NCBI GenBank assembly: GCA_041617795.1
Contig: JBFJOD010000001.1
Location: 21,436 to 85,435, forward strand
DNA length: 64,000 nt
Direction: 5' to 3'
DNA from: Gemmatimonadota bacterium
GTDB taxonomy: Bacteria > Gemmatimonadota > Gemmatimonadetes > Palauibacterales > KS3-K002
The position numbers and the translations under genes are program-made. Positions 19,722 to 29,742 of the stretch are shown piece by piece (position 1 is the first letter of the stretch; the number at the start of each line of letters is the position of its first letter). The notes beneath the pieces were generated by a model. It saw only the letters and a program-made list of their open reading frames with translations. It made no database searches and had not been told where the DNA came from.

Positions 19722-22367
19722 TTAGTCTGCCCGTGCGCCCACGGCCCCGTCGAGCTTGCGGGCGATCTCTTCGACACGGAAGGACTCGAGGATATCCCCA
19801 ACTTTGACATCGTTGAAGTTCTCGACCGACATGCCACACTCGTAGCCAGCCTTCACTTCACGAACGTCGTCTTTGAACCGTTTCAAACTTGCCAGGCCGC
19901 CTTCGTAAATCACTATGTGGTCCCGAAGTATTCGAATTCTCGAGTTCCGGTCGATAACACCATCACTGACATAGCAACCCGCGACCGTTCCAACTTTTGG
20001 CACCCTAAACAGCTGTCGAACTTCGGCTGCACCGAGAATGACTTCCTTCTCCTCGGGAGAGAGCATCCCCTCCAGCGCCGCCCTGACCTCCTCGGCCGCC
20101 TCGTAGATCACTCGGTAAGAGCGAATATCGACGCCTTCCCGATCGGCAAGCGCTCTCGCTTTTCGGTCCGGCCTAACGTGGAAGCCGATAATGATCGCCC
20201 GAGTGGTTTGAGCCAGCAACACGTCTGTTTCATTGACGGCTCCCACGCCTCGATGAATGACCTGGACCTCAACCTCACCGGTCGAGAGACGCTCCAGTTC
20301 ATCCGATAGGGCCTGCACAGAACCGTCGGTGTCACCCTTGATGATCAGAGCCAGCTGTGTCTTTTCACCGGATTGCACCGCCTCGAACACGTCCTCGAGC
20401 CGAGCGACCTGGCTCTTCCGGCGGATCTCCTTCTCTCGCTCGATCTGCTGCCGTTTGCTGGTGATCTCGCGCGCCCGGTCATAATCGAGCACGATCATGT
20501 TGTCGCCCGCTTGCGGAACCCCTTCAAAGCCCAGGATGCGTACCGGCGTGCCCGGGCCTGCCGACTCGAGGTTGTGGCCTCGTTCATCGAGCAGTGCGCG
20601 CGCTCGCCCGGCATAGACGCCACAGACAAAGCCGTCGCCGATATTCAGCGTGCCTTCCGTGATCAGCACTGTGGCTACCGGTCCCATTCCCTTGTCCAAC
20701 TCCGCCTCGATAACCGTGCCACGAGCAGCAAGACCGGGGTCGGCCTCCAGCTCTAGCATCTCGGACTGCAACAGTACTTTGTCGAGCAGATCATCTATCC
20801 CTTTGCCCGACTTGGCAGATATCTCGGTGCAGAGGGTTTCGCCACCGAACTCCTCGATCACTACACCCTCTTCGAGCAGCTCCTGCTTCACCCGCGTCGA
20901 ATTGGCGGCTGGCAGATCGATCTTGTTGACCGCCACGATCATCGGTTTCCCGGCGTTCTTCGCGTGGCTGATCGCCTCTTTTGTTTGCGGCATCACTCCG
21001 TCGTCCGCCGCGACAACCAGAATGACGATATCGGTCACGTCCGCGCCTCTCGCACGCATCGCCGTGAACGCCGCGTGGCCCGGAGTATCCAAGAATGTGA
21101 TTCGGCGCTCTCCGCCCACACCCACCAGGTAGGCGCCGACGTGCTGGGTGATCCCCCCGGCTTCACCGGCGATGACGTTTGCCTTGCGGATGTAGTCGAG
21201 CAGCGAGGTCTTTCCATGGTCAACGTGTCCCATGACGGTGACGACCGGTGGCCGGCTTTCAACCCGCTCGGGATCCGCTTCCTGCTCATCGCCGATGACG
21301 TCCGCCGCGTACTCGTCTTCGCGGACTGCTTTGAAGCCCAACTCGTCCGTGATCAGTTCGATCTGGTCGAAGTCGAGCCGCTGATTGATCGTTACCATCA
21401 AGGGGAGGTTCTTGAACGCGGAGGTGATGATCTCGTTGGCCGTGACCCCGACCAAATCAGCCAGCTCAGCCACCGTCAGGAATTCTGCTACCCGAACCGT
21501 GGTGCGATCCTCCTCAGCCAACCGCTGGGCTTCCGCCTCATCCAGTTCGCGCTGCTCTGGGGACACATCGCGCCGGCGACGGCGCGTCGGCCCGCCGCTC
21601 TCCATCTTGGCGAGCGTGCGCTTGATGTTCTCCTGAACAGCTTCCTGATCGACGCGAGTGCGCTTCTTCTTCTTGCGGCCACGCCGGCGCCTGCGCCCAT
21701 CCAGCGTGTAGCCCTCCGCCTGGATGCGGACGACCCCAGCCGCCGCTTTCGGAGCTGCCGGCTTCGCAGCTCGCGGGGCCACCGGTTTCGGCGGCGCCTG
21801 CCCTGTGGCTTCAGCGACAATCTCTTCGAGTTCGGGGGTCGCTGGCTCCTCTGTCTCGTCTTCGACGGTCTCGGGCTCGATGTCGATGAAGGGTGATCGC
21901 TTCCGCACCGGGACGACCTCTGCCAGCACCTCCTCGACCTCCGCTGCCTCCTCGACCACCTCCTCTGGCTCAGCCACCGTAGGCTCCACCACCTCGGGAA
22001 CCGCCGCATCGGCAACGGGCGCCGCAGCGACCTCCGCAGCCAGCGGCTCAACCGCCTCGCTGGGTACCTCGGCCTCGGCTTCCACGGCCTCGAGCTCGGT
22101 CGCCTCGGCCATCACCTCGACGGGCTCAGCCGCTTTCTCGACCACGCGGCGACGCCGACGCTTGCGCGTTGGACTCTCCCGCTTACTTCCTTTTTCGGGC
22201 CGTCGCTTGTCACGTTCCAGCCGCGTGCGCGCACGGGCCACCTGATCCTCATCGAGCGACGACATGTGGCTGCGAATCGGGATTTCCATCTCACGCAGCG
22301 TGTGAATCAGAGTTTCGCTCGTGATCCCAAATTCTTTTGCCAGTTCGTAAACCCGCATCTTCGCCAA
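19722..22367 (-). CDS. infB: Translation initiation factor IF-2
   Basis: 881 aa; MAKMRVYELAKEFG...; low-complexity Ala/Glu/Pro/Val-rich N-terminal region; GTPase G-domain GHVDHGKTSLLD ... DTPGH ... NKID. Confidence 0.95.
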   Translation of the reverse strand: MAKMRVYELAKEFGITSETLIHTLREMEIPIRSHMSSLDEDQVARARTRLERDKRRPEKGSKRESPTRKRRRRRVVEKAAEPVEVMAEATELEAVEAEAEVPSEAVEPLAAEVAAAPVADAAVPEVVEPTVAEPEEVVEEAAEVEEVLAEVVPVRKRSPFIDIEPETVEDETEEPATPELEEIVAEATGQAPPKPVAPRAAKPAAPKAAAGVVRIQAEGYTLDGRRRRRGRKKKKRTRVDQEAVQENIKRTLAKMESGGPTRRRRRDVSPEQRELDEAEAQRLAEEDRTTVRVAEFLTVAELADLVGVTANEIITSAFKNLPLMVTINQRLDFDQIELITDELGFKAVREDEYAADVIGDEQEADPERVESRPPVVTVMGHVDHGKTSLLDYIRKANVIAGEAGGITQHVGAYLVGVGGERRITFLDTPGHAAFTAMRARGADVTDIVILVVAADDGVMPQTKEAISHAKNAGKPMIVAVNKIDLPAANSTRVKQELLEEGVVIEEFGGETLCTEISAKSGKGIDDLLDKVLLQSEMLELEADPGLAARGTVIEAELDKGMGPVATVLITEGTLNIGDGFVCGVYAGRARALLDERGHNLESAGPGTPVRILGFEGVPQAGDNMIVLDYDRAREITSKRQQIEREKEIRRKSQVARLEDVFEAVQSGEKTQLALIIKGDTDGSVQALSDELERLSTGEVEVQVIHRGVGAVNETDVLLAQTTRAIIIGFHVRPDRKARALADREGVDIRSYRVIYEAAEEVRAALEGMLSPEEKEVILGAAEVRQLFRVPKVGTVAGCYVSDGVIDRNSRIRILRDHIVIYEGGLASLKRFKDDVREVKAGYECGMSVENFNDVKVGDILESFRVEEIARKLDGAVGARAD

Positions 22368-22378
22368 CGCTACTCCTC

Positions 22379-22714
22379 CTAGCCTTCTACTTCTTTTGCC
22401 AGCTCCAAGACACGCTTTCCGAGCGAATCGCTCGTAATCGCCAACACTATCACTCGCTCACGGCCGACCGCTCGGCCCAACTGGTCACCGTCCACCACGA
22501 CGGCGAAAGGCACCCCTGCCGAGCCCAACAGGCGCTCTAGCTTGCGCCGCAGTTTCTCGGGCGCATCTCCCGCAATCACGACTGCCCGGGCGCGGTTTCC
22601 GCGAACCGATTGTTGCACAGCTTCCAGACCAATCCGCAGGCGGCCCGCCCGTAATGCCAATCCCAAGCCGCTGAGCAACTGCTTCGACTCAGGCGTCCTG
22701 TTCGTCCTTGTCAC
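22379..22714 (-). CDS. L7Ae-family RNA-binding protein (YlxQ-like) of the nusA-infB operon
   Basis: 111 aa; ...LSGLGLALRAGRLRIGLEAVQQSV...ARAVVIAGDAPEKLRRKLERLL...VPFAVV...; overlaps nusA 3' end so true start is probably internal. Confidence 0.65.
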   Translation of the reverse strand: MTRTNRTPESKQLLSGLGLALRAGRLRIGLEAVQQSVRGNRARAVVIAGDAPEKLRRKLERLLGSAGVPFAVVVDGDQLGRAVGRERVIVLAITSDSLGKRVLELAKEVEG

Positions 22715-24218
22715 CTTCTGACGAGGCCTTTGTGGCCGGCTTCAGCTCGTCGTCAAGCGCGGCCCCGTCCTCCACTTCCGGGTCCTCGACCGCCGCCTTC
22801 GACTCACCTTCAAGCTCGGCGCTCGCGCCCTCGGTCTCTTCTTCGCTCTCTTCCTCATCATCGACGAACGGGCCGCCGCTGGCGACCGGCTTGGCGTCGG
22901 GCGGCGCTTCCTGCGGCAACTCCGCCGCCTCTTCGACGATCGTCAAATCCTCGATCAACTTGACCAGCGCGTCCGTTTCCTCCGCTCCCAGACCGGCGAT
23001 CTTGAGGAAGTCGTCACGCTCCAGATCGATGATGTTGAGAAAGGTCTGGTGTCCGGCAGCTTCCAGTGCCGCCAATACGGCCGGTGCAATATCGAGCTCC
23101 CCTAACGGGAAGTCGGCAGCACCCTCGTACTCATCGGGCCCGCGGAACAGCGTGCTCTGAGCACCGCGTTCCATCCATTCACGGCTCGAATACAGATCTA
23201 TCTGCCAGCCGATCAATTGCGATGCCAGCCGCACGTTCTGTCCGTTGCGGCCGATCGCGAGTGATAGCTGATCCTCATCGACGATGGCCGTGACGACTTT
23301 CCGTTCCAGGTCGGAGATGACCTTTGCCACCTTCGCCGGAGCGAGCGAACGTTTCGCGTAGATTTCCGGATCGGGGTGCCAGGGTACGATATCGATCCGT
23401 TCACCACTCATCTCGGACACAACCGCCTGCACTCGTGAACCCTTGAGGCCCACACACGCACCGACCGGGTCGATCGAGTCATCACTCGACACAACCGCGA
23501 TCTTTGTCCGGCCACCGGCTTCTCGCGCGATATCGATGATCTTCACCACGCCCTGGTAAATCTCCGGCACCTCTAGCTTGAACAGTGCAGCCACGAACCC
23601 CGGATCAGCCCGCGACAAAATCAAACGCGGCCCCTTCGGCGTCTCCTCGAGCTTCTTAAGGACAGCGCGAATCGGCTCGCCCTGACGGAAACGCTCGCGT
23701 GGGTTCTGTTCGCGCCAGGGGATGATCGCTTCGGCCTCCCGAAGCATGTTCAGCATCACGACCAACTTGCCGCGCTCGATCGCCTGTACCTCGCCAGACA
23801 GCAACTCGCCGACCTTGTCGCTGAACTCCTCTCGAATCCGATTGCGCTCACCTTCGCGTACGCGCTGGATGATCCGCTGCTTCGCCGCAAGAACCGCCGT
23901 CCGGCCGAAATCCCCAAACTCCACCGGGATCTCGAGCAAATCGCCGAGCTGGAAGTCCGGGTCGTCCCAGCGCGCCTCATCGACGCTGACCTCGCGCGAT
24001 GGATCGATAACCTCTTCCACGACTTCCTTGAGCACGACGATACCGATCGTGCCCTTCTCCTCGTCGATCGTAATCTCGGCCTGGACGTTTGGCCCGTAAC
24101 GCTTGGCCAGAGCCGCTTGCAGACCATCTTTGATCAATTCATGGAGCTCGTCGCGCGACAACGACTTGTGCGCCGTCATCACGCGAAACGCTTCAAGTAC
24201 CTGTGCTGCGTTGCCCAT
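22689..24218 (-). CDS. nusA: Transcription termination/antitermination factor NusA (with acidic C-terminal tail)
   Basis: ORF 22689..24404 trimmed to MGNAAQVLEAFRVMTAHKSLSRDEL... (RBS GGAG 14 nt upstream); S1 and KH domains; C-terminal Asp/Glu-rich tail. Confidence 0.9.
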   Translation of the reverse strand: MGNAAQVLEAFRVMTAHKSLSRDELHELIKDGLQAALAKRYGPNVQAEITIDEEKGTIGIVVLKEVVEEVIDPSREVSVDEARWDDPDFQLGDLLEIPVEFGDFGRTAVLAAKQRIIQRVREGERNRIREEFSDKVGELLSGEVQAIERGKLVVMLNMLREAEAIIPWREQNPRERFRQGEPIRAVLKKLEETPKGPRLILSRADPGFVAALFKLEVPEIYQGVVKIIDIAREAGGRTKIAVVSSDDSIDPVGACVGLKGSRVQAVVSEMSGERIDIVPWHPDPEIYAKRSLAPAKVAKVISDLERKVVTAIVDEDQLSLAIGRNGQNVRLASQLIGWQIDLYSSREWMERGAQSTLFRGPDEYEGAADFPLGELDIAPAVLAALEAAGHQTFLNIIDLERDDFLKIAGLGAEETDALVKLIEDLTIVEEAAELPQEAPPDAKPVASGGPFVDDEEESEEETEGASAELEGESKAAVEDPEVEDGAALDDELKPATKASSEGDKDEQDA

Positions 24219-24303
24219 CCCTATCGGTGCTCCGTTTGATTCGGGTCTGTTAGCGAGCGCCCCGGGGGCACCCGTATTCCCGCTTTGTTCTCGTCTCAGC
24301 CGC

Positions 24304-24840
24304 TTACTTTTTCGCCCGCCGCCCTTCTGGCCGGATCCCGTCCCACTTGAAGACCAGATGCGCCTTGGCGACCGCGCTGATAGGCACCTCGACTTCAGTG
24401 CCATCTGCCACTCTCAGCCGCAGAATCTCCTCGTCGTCCGTGCCTCCGACGCCGATGAGTTCGCCCTCAATCCGCTTCGAGCTTCCAACCAGCGGCTCAT
24501 AAGCGCGGACGGAGATGTCGCGACCCAGGCTACGTTCAAAATCGCGTCGCTTCCGCAACGGCCGTTCTACACCTGGCGACGAGACCTCCAGGATGTAGCT
24601 GATCGCGACATCCTCCCGTTCATCCAGCACAGCCTCCAACTCGCGACTAGCCTTCGCACAATCGTCTACCGTAATGCCGCGCCCCGGCTCGGCCTCCGGC
24701 TTGTCAATTCTCAGCCGCAGCAGCGGTCGAGACCTGTGCCCCGCCCGTTCAAGGTCCACCAATTCAAAGCCGAGGCGATCCAAGACCTCCTCGGCGATTC
24801 TCTCGAGTTCTTCGTCCGCCTGGCCGAATTTTCGTCCCAT
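24304..24840 (-). CDS. rimP: Ribosome maturation factor RimP
   Basis: ORF trimmed to MGRKFGQADEELERIAEEVLDRLGFELVDLER... (GGAGG RBS 8 nt upstream); canonical rimP-nusA-infB order. Confidence 0.8.
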   Translation of the reverse strand: MGRKFGQADEELERIAEEVLDRLGFELVDLERAGHRSRPLLRLRIDKPEAEPGRGITVDDCAKASRELEAVLDEREDVAISYILEVSSPGVERPLRKRRDFERSLGRDISVRAYEPLVGSSKRIEGELIGVGGTDDEEILRLRVADGTEVEVPISAVAKAHLVFKWDGIRPEGRRAKK

Positions 24841-24872
24841 CGCCTCAGGCCTCCAGCTGGGCAGAGAAGCCA

Positions 24873-24904
24873 ATAAAAAAGTGGGGTAAAACTGCGTCCC
24901 CACT
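24873..24904 (-). terminator. Rho-independent terminator after murA-pgeF and before rimP
   Basis: Minus-strand RNA: AGUGGGG-ACGCAGUUUUA-CCCCACU followed by UUUUUUAUU; it lies in the untrimmed N-extension of the rimP ORF, which supports the shorter rimP start. Confidence 0.55.
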
Positions 24905-24980
24905 GCTCAAGACCTGCCGGTCTGTAACTTCGCGCCTCAGCCCACTGCGGCCGGTAATATAGGCGGAGACAGGCCGAAAA

Positions 24981-25754
24981 TCAACGGGAGGCCCACCCCA
25001 GAAAAGCGCACATCCGGCGGCCCCGGTCCCCGCCTCGATAAGAGAAAAACCGCTCGCTATCACAGCGGGTGCAGCCGTCCGAGGTGGTGACTCGCTCCCA
25101 ACCGACTCCGAGCCGGGCTAGCCTCTGGACGATATGAGCCCGGAGGTCCACATGGCGCGTGCCCTCTGGCAGCCCACCCAGCGCAGCGGGGACCTCGGGG
25201 CCGACCTCGTAGCAAGCACCGCAGATCGCCGGGCCGAGATGGACCTGCACAGCAGCGAGATCCGCGCCCAGCTCCAGCATTCTCCGAGCCGTCGACTCGA
25301 CGACTCCCGCCGCGGCTCCACGCCAGCCAGCGTGCGCCAGACCCAGCACGCGGCGCTGCGGATCCAGCATGAAGGCAGGTACACAGTCGGCCACGGTGAT
25401 CGCCAGTACGACGTCGCTGGAAGCCGTTACAAGAGCGTCGGCCTCCCCGAGATCGTTCACCCCGGTCGCCAGCGCACCGTCAGACACGGCGACAGCTGCA
25501 CCGTGGACTTGTTTGCAGCGGGCCAGGCTCGGAACGTCTGCCGCCAGCAAAACTCGACTCCACCCAGTCGAACTCCCGTCTGAGGCGGCTCCGCCACTGT
25601 CCTTGTCGGTGGGCAGCCGGGTCGAAGGGAATTCGAGCTCCGGGTCACGTGCGGTGATCCCCTGGACCAGATCGGGATAGCGGATCATCCAGTCCGACTG
25701 GCGGATCAATCGCAGACCCGCCTGACGAACCTCGCGTTCCGCCGCCCCGATCAC
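24981..25754 (-). CDS. pgeF: Peptidoglycan editing factor PgeF (YfiH / DUF152, laccase-domain, purine nucleoside phosphorylase-like)
   Basis: 257 aa; ...[11 protein letters not shown]...VADCVP...GLAHAGWRG...[11 protein letters not shown]...; ATGA overlap with murA stop. Confidence 0.8.
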   Translation of the reverse strand: MIGAAEREVRQAGLRLIRQSDWMIRYPDLVQGITARDPELEFPSTRLPTDKDSGGAASDGSSTGWSRVLLAADVPSLARCKQVHGAAVAVSDGALATGVNDLGEADALVTASSDVVLAITVADCVPAFMLDPQRRVLGLAHAGWRGAAAGVVESTARRMLELGADLAAVQVHLGPAICGACYEVGPEVPAALGGLPEGTRHVDLRAHIVQRLARLGVGWERVTTSDGCTRCDSERFFSYRGGDRGRRMCAFLGWASR

Positions 25755-27025
25755 TCGACCCGTTCTATCGATGCTCCTAGCCCCCGCAAGCGTTCGTCGA
25801 TACGCTCGTACCCGCGCTCGATCTGGCCGATATTGTAGATACGGCTGCTCCCCACGGCGCCCAGCGCAGCGATCAGGATAGCCATCCCCGCACGAATATC
25901 CGGGCTTTCGACGACTGACCCGCGTAGTTTGGCCGGCCCGACCACGACCGCGCGGTGTGGATCGCAGATGACGATTCTCGCACCCATCGCGGTCAATTTG
26001 TCAGCGAAGAACATCCGCGATTCGAACATCTTCTCGTGTATCAACACCGTGCCGCGGCACTGTGTTGCCAGCACTAGCGCGATGCTGATCAGGTCCGCTG
26101 GGAAATGCGGCCACGGGCCGTCGTCAATCTTCGGGATATGCTGGCCGACATCCATGCGGATCTCGAGCGATTGGTCGGCTGCAACGCGGAGTGTCTTCCC
26201 TTCCAGCTCGCAGCACACGCCCAGGCGTTCAAACATCAGGCGGATGCTGGACAGGTGGCGCGGCTCCACATCGCCGATCGTCAGCTCGCTCCGGGTCACG
26301 GCGGCCAGGCCAATGAACGAGCCGACCTCGATGTGATCTGGGCCGACCTCGGCCTCCGTCCCTCCCAGCCGTTTGACGCCCTCGATCGTCAGTTCACCCG
26401 AGCCGATCCCCCCGATGCGGGCACCCATCTGGGTGAGCAACCTGCACAGATCCTGCACGTGGGGCTCGGCCGCGCAATTGCGAAGCACTGTCGTGCCCTG
26501 CGCGAGAACCGCGGCCATGATCAGGTTCTCCGTCCCGGTCACGCTGGGCTCATCCAGAAAGATCTCGGCACCCTTGAGTTTCCCGCGGAGAATGAACTCT
26601 TCACCCAGTTCGACTTCGGCGCCCAGCAGACGCAGAGCATCGAAATGCGTGTCGAGCCGTCGCCGGCCGATCACGTCGCCGCCGGGCGGCGGCAACCTGA
26701 TCTGCCCGGTTCGGGCGAGGAGCGGGCCGGCGAGGAGTATTGAGGCGCGGATCCGTGCTGCAAGCGCTGGCTGGATCGCCACCGAACGAACGTTCGCCGG
26801 ATTCAGCGTCAGAGAACCAGGTCCGGTCCAGTCCACACCCACACCAAGAGCCTCCAGCAGCTGGAGCATGGTGTGCACATCGCGAATGTCCGGGACGTTA
26901 CGGAGCCTTAGGGGCTCGTCAGTCAGCAGTGCGGCTGCCAGCATAGGCAGAGCCGCGTTCTTGTTACCTGCCGGGCGCACGTGCCCCTTCAGTGGTCGCC
27001 CACCCTCGACTATGAAGCTGCTCAT
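25751..27025 (-). CDS. murA: UDP-N-acetylglucosamine 1-carboxyvinyltransferase
   Basis: ORF 25751..27379 trimmed to [34 protein letters not shown]... (canonical MurA N-terminus); about 424 aa. Confidence 0.9.
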   Translation of the reverse strand: MSSFIVEGGRPLKGHVRPAGNKNAALPMLAAALLTDEPLRLRNVPDIRDVHTMLQLLEALGVGVDWTGPGSLTLNPANVRSVAIQPALAARIRASILLAGPLLARTGQIRLPPPGGDVIGRRRLDTHFDALRLLGAEVELGEEFILRGKLKGAEIFLDEPSVTGTENLIMAAVLAQGTTVLRNCAAEPHVQDLCRLLTQMGARIGGIGSGELTIEGVKRLGGTEAEVGPDHIEVGSFIGLAAVTRSELTIGDVEPRHLSSIRLMFERLGVCCELEGKTLRVAADQSLEIRMDVGQHIPKIDDGPWPHFPADLISIALVLATQCRGTVLIHEKMFESRMFFADKLTAMGARIVICDPHRAVVVGPAKLRGSVVESPDIRAGMAILIAALGAVGSSRIYNIGQIERGYERIDERLRGLGASIERVE

Positions 27026-27106
27026 TGCCGGCCAAGTTAGGCCGTCGCCGTCATTGCCGTCAATCAGTTGCCCACGGTCGAAGCCGCCCAGCCGGACACG
27101 TGCGGC

Positions 27107-27136
27107 TTGACACCGTCCGGCGCGGTTGGCTATGTG
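27107..27136 (+). promoter_or_regulatory. Candidate sigma-70 promoter for the ptsN-like / PII-like / antiporter operon
   Basis: TTGACA(27107-27112)-18 nt-TATGTG(27131-27136), about 30 nt upstream of ATG 27166, in the divergent murA intergenic region. Confidence 0.4.
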
Positions 27137-27165
27137 AAGCAGAACCCATTCGATGGCGAGAAGAC

Positions 27166-27630
27166 ATGAAACTGCATCATTACCTCCGGCCAGACCTCGT
27201 GATCCTCGACCTCGAGGCGGACGGTGTCGAGCAGACGCTTCACGACATGGTGCACGCCCTGGTCGACACGGGATTGGTAAGTGACGAGAAGCAAGTGCTG
27301 AACGCTCTGCTGGAGCGCGAAGCTGCTCAGTCGACCGGCATCGGAGGCGGTGTCGCAATTCCCCACGCTGTTTACCCAAACTTGAATTCCACGGTCATCA
27401 CGCTGGCCTTATCCCGGAAAGGCATCGATTTCCTCTCGATGGACGAGCAGCCCGTTCATACCTTCTTCTTGCTGCTTTCGCCGCCTGCTAACAGCGGGAC
27501 TCACATAAAGCTGCTTGCCCGCATCGCGCGGCTCATGCGGCAACCCGACGTCCTGGACGAGCTGCTCAGCGCGAAGGATGCCGAAGGTGTCATCGAGAGC
27601 ATTCGGCGGTTCGACGAGCAACATCCCTAG
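27166..27630 (+). CDS. PTS EIIA type-2 domain protein, nitrogen-related EIIA (PtsN)-like
   Basis: ORF 27025..27630 trimmed to [20 protein letters not shown]...; [18 protein letters not shown] (phospho-His motif) and [28 protein letters not shown] resemble E. coli PtsN. Confidence 0.75.
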   Translation: MKLHHYLRPDLVILDLEADGVEQTLHDMVHALVDTGLVSDEKQVLNALLEREAAQSTGIGGGVAIPHAVYPNLNSTVITLALSRKGIDFLSMDEQPVHTFFLLLSPPANSGTHIKLLARIARLMRQPDVLDELLSAKDAEGVIESIRRFDEQHP

Positions 27631-27655
27631 AAAGGCAAGGAACGCAAAGCGGGTC

Positions 27656-28012
27656 ATGCAACTTCTGGTGGCGGTCCTCAACCAGGCAGAAGCCATAGAT
27701 GACGTCCTGTCCGGTTTTCTCGAACTGGGAATCACGGGTGCGACGGTCATCAATAGCGAGGGTATGGCCCGAATCCTCACACACGACGTTCCGATCTTCG
27801 CCGGCATTCAGACCTTGCTTTCGGGATCACGCTCTCAGAACTACACCGTTTTCAGTGTTATCGAAGACGAAGCGAAGGTTAAAGCCGCCTTCGCACTGAT
27901 TCAGGACGTTTGCGGCGACATGAAAAGGCCAGGCACCGGCATCGTCTTCACACTTCCGGTCGCAATGGTTGTCGGAGTGGCACCCGAGCTTGGCGGCGAA
28001 ACGGGGCTGTGA
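27656..28012 (+). CDS. PII-like (GlnB/SbtB-like fold) small signalling protein
   Basis: 118 aa, MQLLVAVLNQAEAIDDVLSGFLELGITGATVINSEGMAR...GTGIVFTLPVAMVVGV; GlnB-like alternation (LELGITGATV ~ AEVGITGMTV; GTGIVFTLPV ~ GDGKIFVFDV); stop overlaps GTG start of the transporter (GTGA). Confidence 0.55.
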   Translation: MQLLVAVLNQAEAIDDVLSGFLELGITGATVINSEGMARILTHDVPIFAGIQTLLSGSRSQNYTVFSVIEDEAKVKAAFALIQDVCGDMKRPGTGIVFTLPVAMVVGVAPELGGETGL

Positions 28013-29256
28013 ATCCGCTTCTTGTCGTACTCTTACTGGCACTGATTGGACTGCTGGGGGCACAGTTCACATTCGCCCGCCGAACCGTCCCGCTGGGCCC
28101 TCAGATATTCCTGGCGATCGGCGGTCCCTTCCTCTTCCTCGGTTTCTTGCTTGGCCCGCACGCCTTGCACGTCCTCTCCCTGTCCACGATCTCCCAACTC
28201 ACACCGCTGCTGGCGCTCGGGCTCGGCTGGGTCGGTCTGCTGTTCGGACTGCAACTCGATCGAAGCCAGCTCAGACAATTTCCAACTCGCTACCTCGCCC
28301 TGGCCTGGTTGCAGGCTACCGTTGCCTTCGCGGTCGTTTTCGGCATCGGGCTATCGCTCGTCGGGGTGAGGCTGGCGCTCGATCTCGATGTGATTGTCCT
28401 CGTTGCAGCTGCAACAGCCTGCGTGTCGACGCCAGCAGCGATAGCTCTGATCTCGAACACCTATAAAACGCGCGGCCAGATTACCCGCTTCCTCTTCTTC
28501 GCTGCTAGCCTCGACGCCGCCGTGGGGATCATCGCGATCGGGCTGACGCAAGCCGTTTATCATAGCGGCATGCCGGGCCGTGAGATCAGCTTGTCCGCCA
28601 TTGAATTGATCGCGACCTCCGTGCTGCTTGGCTGTTTCTTCGGGGTGCTCTTCCTATCAATGACGCGTATTCGGCCCCGGACTCAGGAGCATCTGCTATT
28701 GCTGATCGGGCTGGTGCTTTTCGCAGCGGGAACCTCCTTTTACCTGTCGCTGTCACCGCTGTTCGTCTGTATGATCGCGGGCATCGTTATTGGGAATCTC
28801 TCACCGATTCGGCGCAGGGTTTACTCCGCATTATCGAGTTGGCAGCAGCCCATCTACATCATGACGCTGGTTCTGGCGGGTGCCCTGCTCGAGTTCTCTT
28901 CCTGGTGGATCGCGCCACTGGTCGCCGTCTACATTGCCGCAAGGATCCTCGCCAAGTGGATCGGTGGCCTGTTGGCGGCGCGGATCGGCCGGTCGATGCT
29001 CCGACTGCCGGGAAGTTTCGGGTTGGCGCTGACGCCACAGGGGGGGTTCTCATTGGCCATAGCCATTTCCTTCGTGCTTATCTACGTTCCAACAGCGCCG
29101 GAACTTCAGGCGGCAGTCAACATCTTCTTTGGCACCGTGGTGATCGCCGTGGGAATCAGCGACCTGATCGGCCCTTTCCTCGTCAGGGCCGTGCTCGAGC
29201 GGGCCGGCGAGCTTGACCGCCGGGTAACCGAGGTCGCGGTTCGGGGTAACAGGTAA
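28009..29256 (+). CDS. Cation:proton antiporter (CPA1/CPA2, Na+/H+ exchanger family) without C-terminal RCK domain
   Basis: GTG at 28009 in frame with ORF 27910..29256, giving VNPLLVVLLLALIGLLGAQF...; about 12 TM segments, CPA-like ...LGWVGLLFGLQLD...; about 415 aa. Confidence 0.7.
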   Translation: MNPLLVVLLLALIGLLGAQFTFARRTVPLGPQIFLAIGGPFLFLGFLLGPHALHVLSLSTISQLTPLLALGLGWVGLLFGLQLDRSQLRQFPTRYLALAWLQATVAFAVVFGIGLSLVGVRLALDLDVIVLVAAATACVSTPAAIALISNTYKTRGQITRFLFFAASLDAAVGIIAIGLTQAVYHSGMPGREISLSAIELIATSVLLGCFFGVLFLSMTRIRPRTQEHLLLLIGLVLFAAGTSFYLSLSPLFVCMIAGIVIGNLSPIRRRVYSALSSWQQPIYIMTLVLAGALLEFSSWWIAPLVAVYIAARILAKWIGGLLAARIGRSMLRLPGSFGLALTPQGGFSLAIAISFVLIYVPTAPELQAAVNIFFGTVVIAVGISDLIGPFLVRAVLERAGELDRRVTEVAVRGNR

Positions 29257-29270
29257 GGAGGGGGTGCGCC

Positions 29271-29735
29271 GTGGATCCGCTGACCCTGACGGTTCATATC
29301 GTTCAAGCCGTTGCGGTGATCGTGCTGGGTATCGGGATGATCTTCCTCGCACTGGCAGTTCGCCGATTCCGGCAGAGCCTCGACCTGATGGATGAGGCGT
29401 TGAAGACCGTGGGCCGCGATGCGCGCCCCGTGCTCGACCGGGCTCGCGCGGTCGGTGAGAATCTCAACTTCATCGTGATGTCCGTGCGCCGCGAGGTTGA
29501 TCGAGTGGGCGACACGATCGCCAGCGCCAATGAGCGCTTGGAAGAGGCCCTGGAGGCCGCAGAAGCGCGGGTCCAGGACTTGACTGTGTTGATCGATGTG
29601 GTTCAGGGCGAGGTGGAGGACACGGTGCTATCCGCCACTTCCGCGCTACGTGGGTTGCGCACCGGAGCAAGACTTTTGAGGCGTAGCCGCAGAAACAACG
29701 AAGAGGAAATTGAGTCAGAAGACCTGGAAGAGTGA
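29271..29735 (+). CDS. DUF948 / YtxG-like membrane-anchored coiled-coil stress protein
   Basis: GTG start with strong SD AGGTAAGGAGGGGG 7 nt upstream; N-terminal TM (IVQAVAVIVLGIGMIFLALAV) then coiled coil; acidic tail EEEIESEDLEE. Confidence 0.5.
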   Translation: MDPLTLTVHIVQAVAVIVLGIGMIFLALAVRRFRQSLDLMDEALKTVGRDARPVLDRARAVGENLNFIVMSVRREVDRVGDTIASANERLEEALEAAEARVQDLTVLIDVVQGEVEDTVLSATSALRGLRTGARLLRRSRRNNEEEIESEDLEE

Positions 29736-29742
29736 GGAAGCC

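Noticed and set aside
21400-22150. Repetitive Ala/Glu/Val/Pro-rich stretch that might look like a tandem repeat element
   Set aside because: It is the normal low-complexity N-terminal linker of IF-2 (infB), a compositional rather than true tandem DNA repeat. It is not CRISPR-like (no constant-length repeats or spacers).
25751-27379. N-terminally over-extended ORFs in the track (murA 27379, nusA 24404, rimP 24903, mreB 11969, dxr 45813, ORFs 2164..2832, 39209..40057, 27025..27630, 27515..28012, 40202..41380)
   Set aside because: The extensions are Arg/Pro-rich and precede canonical conserved N-termini. Internal starts have an RBS or stop/start coupling and remove overlaps with neighbours, so I report the shorter coordinates.
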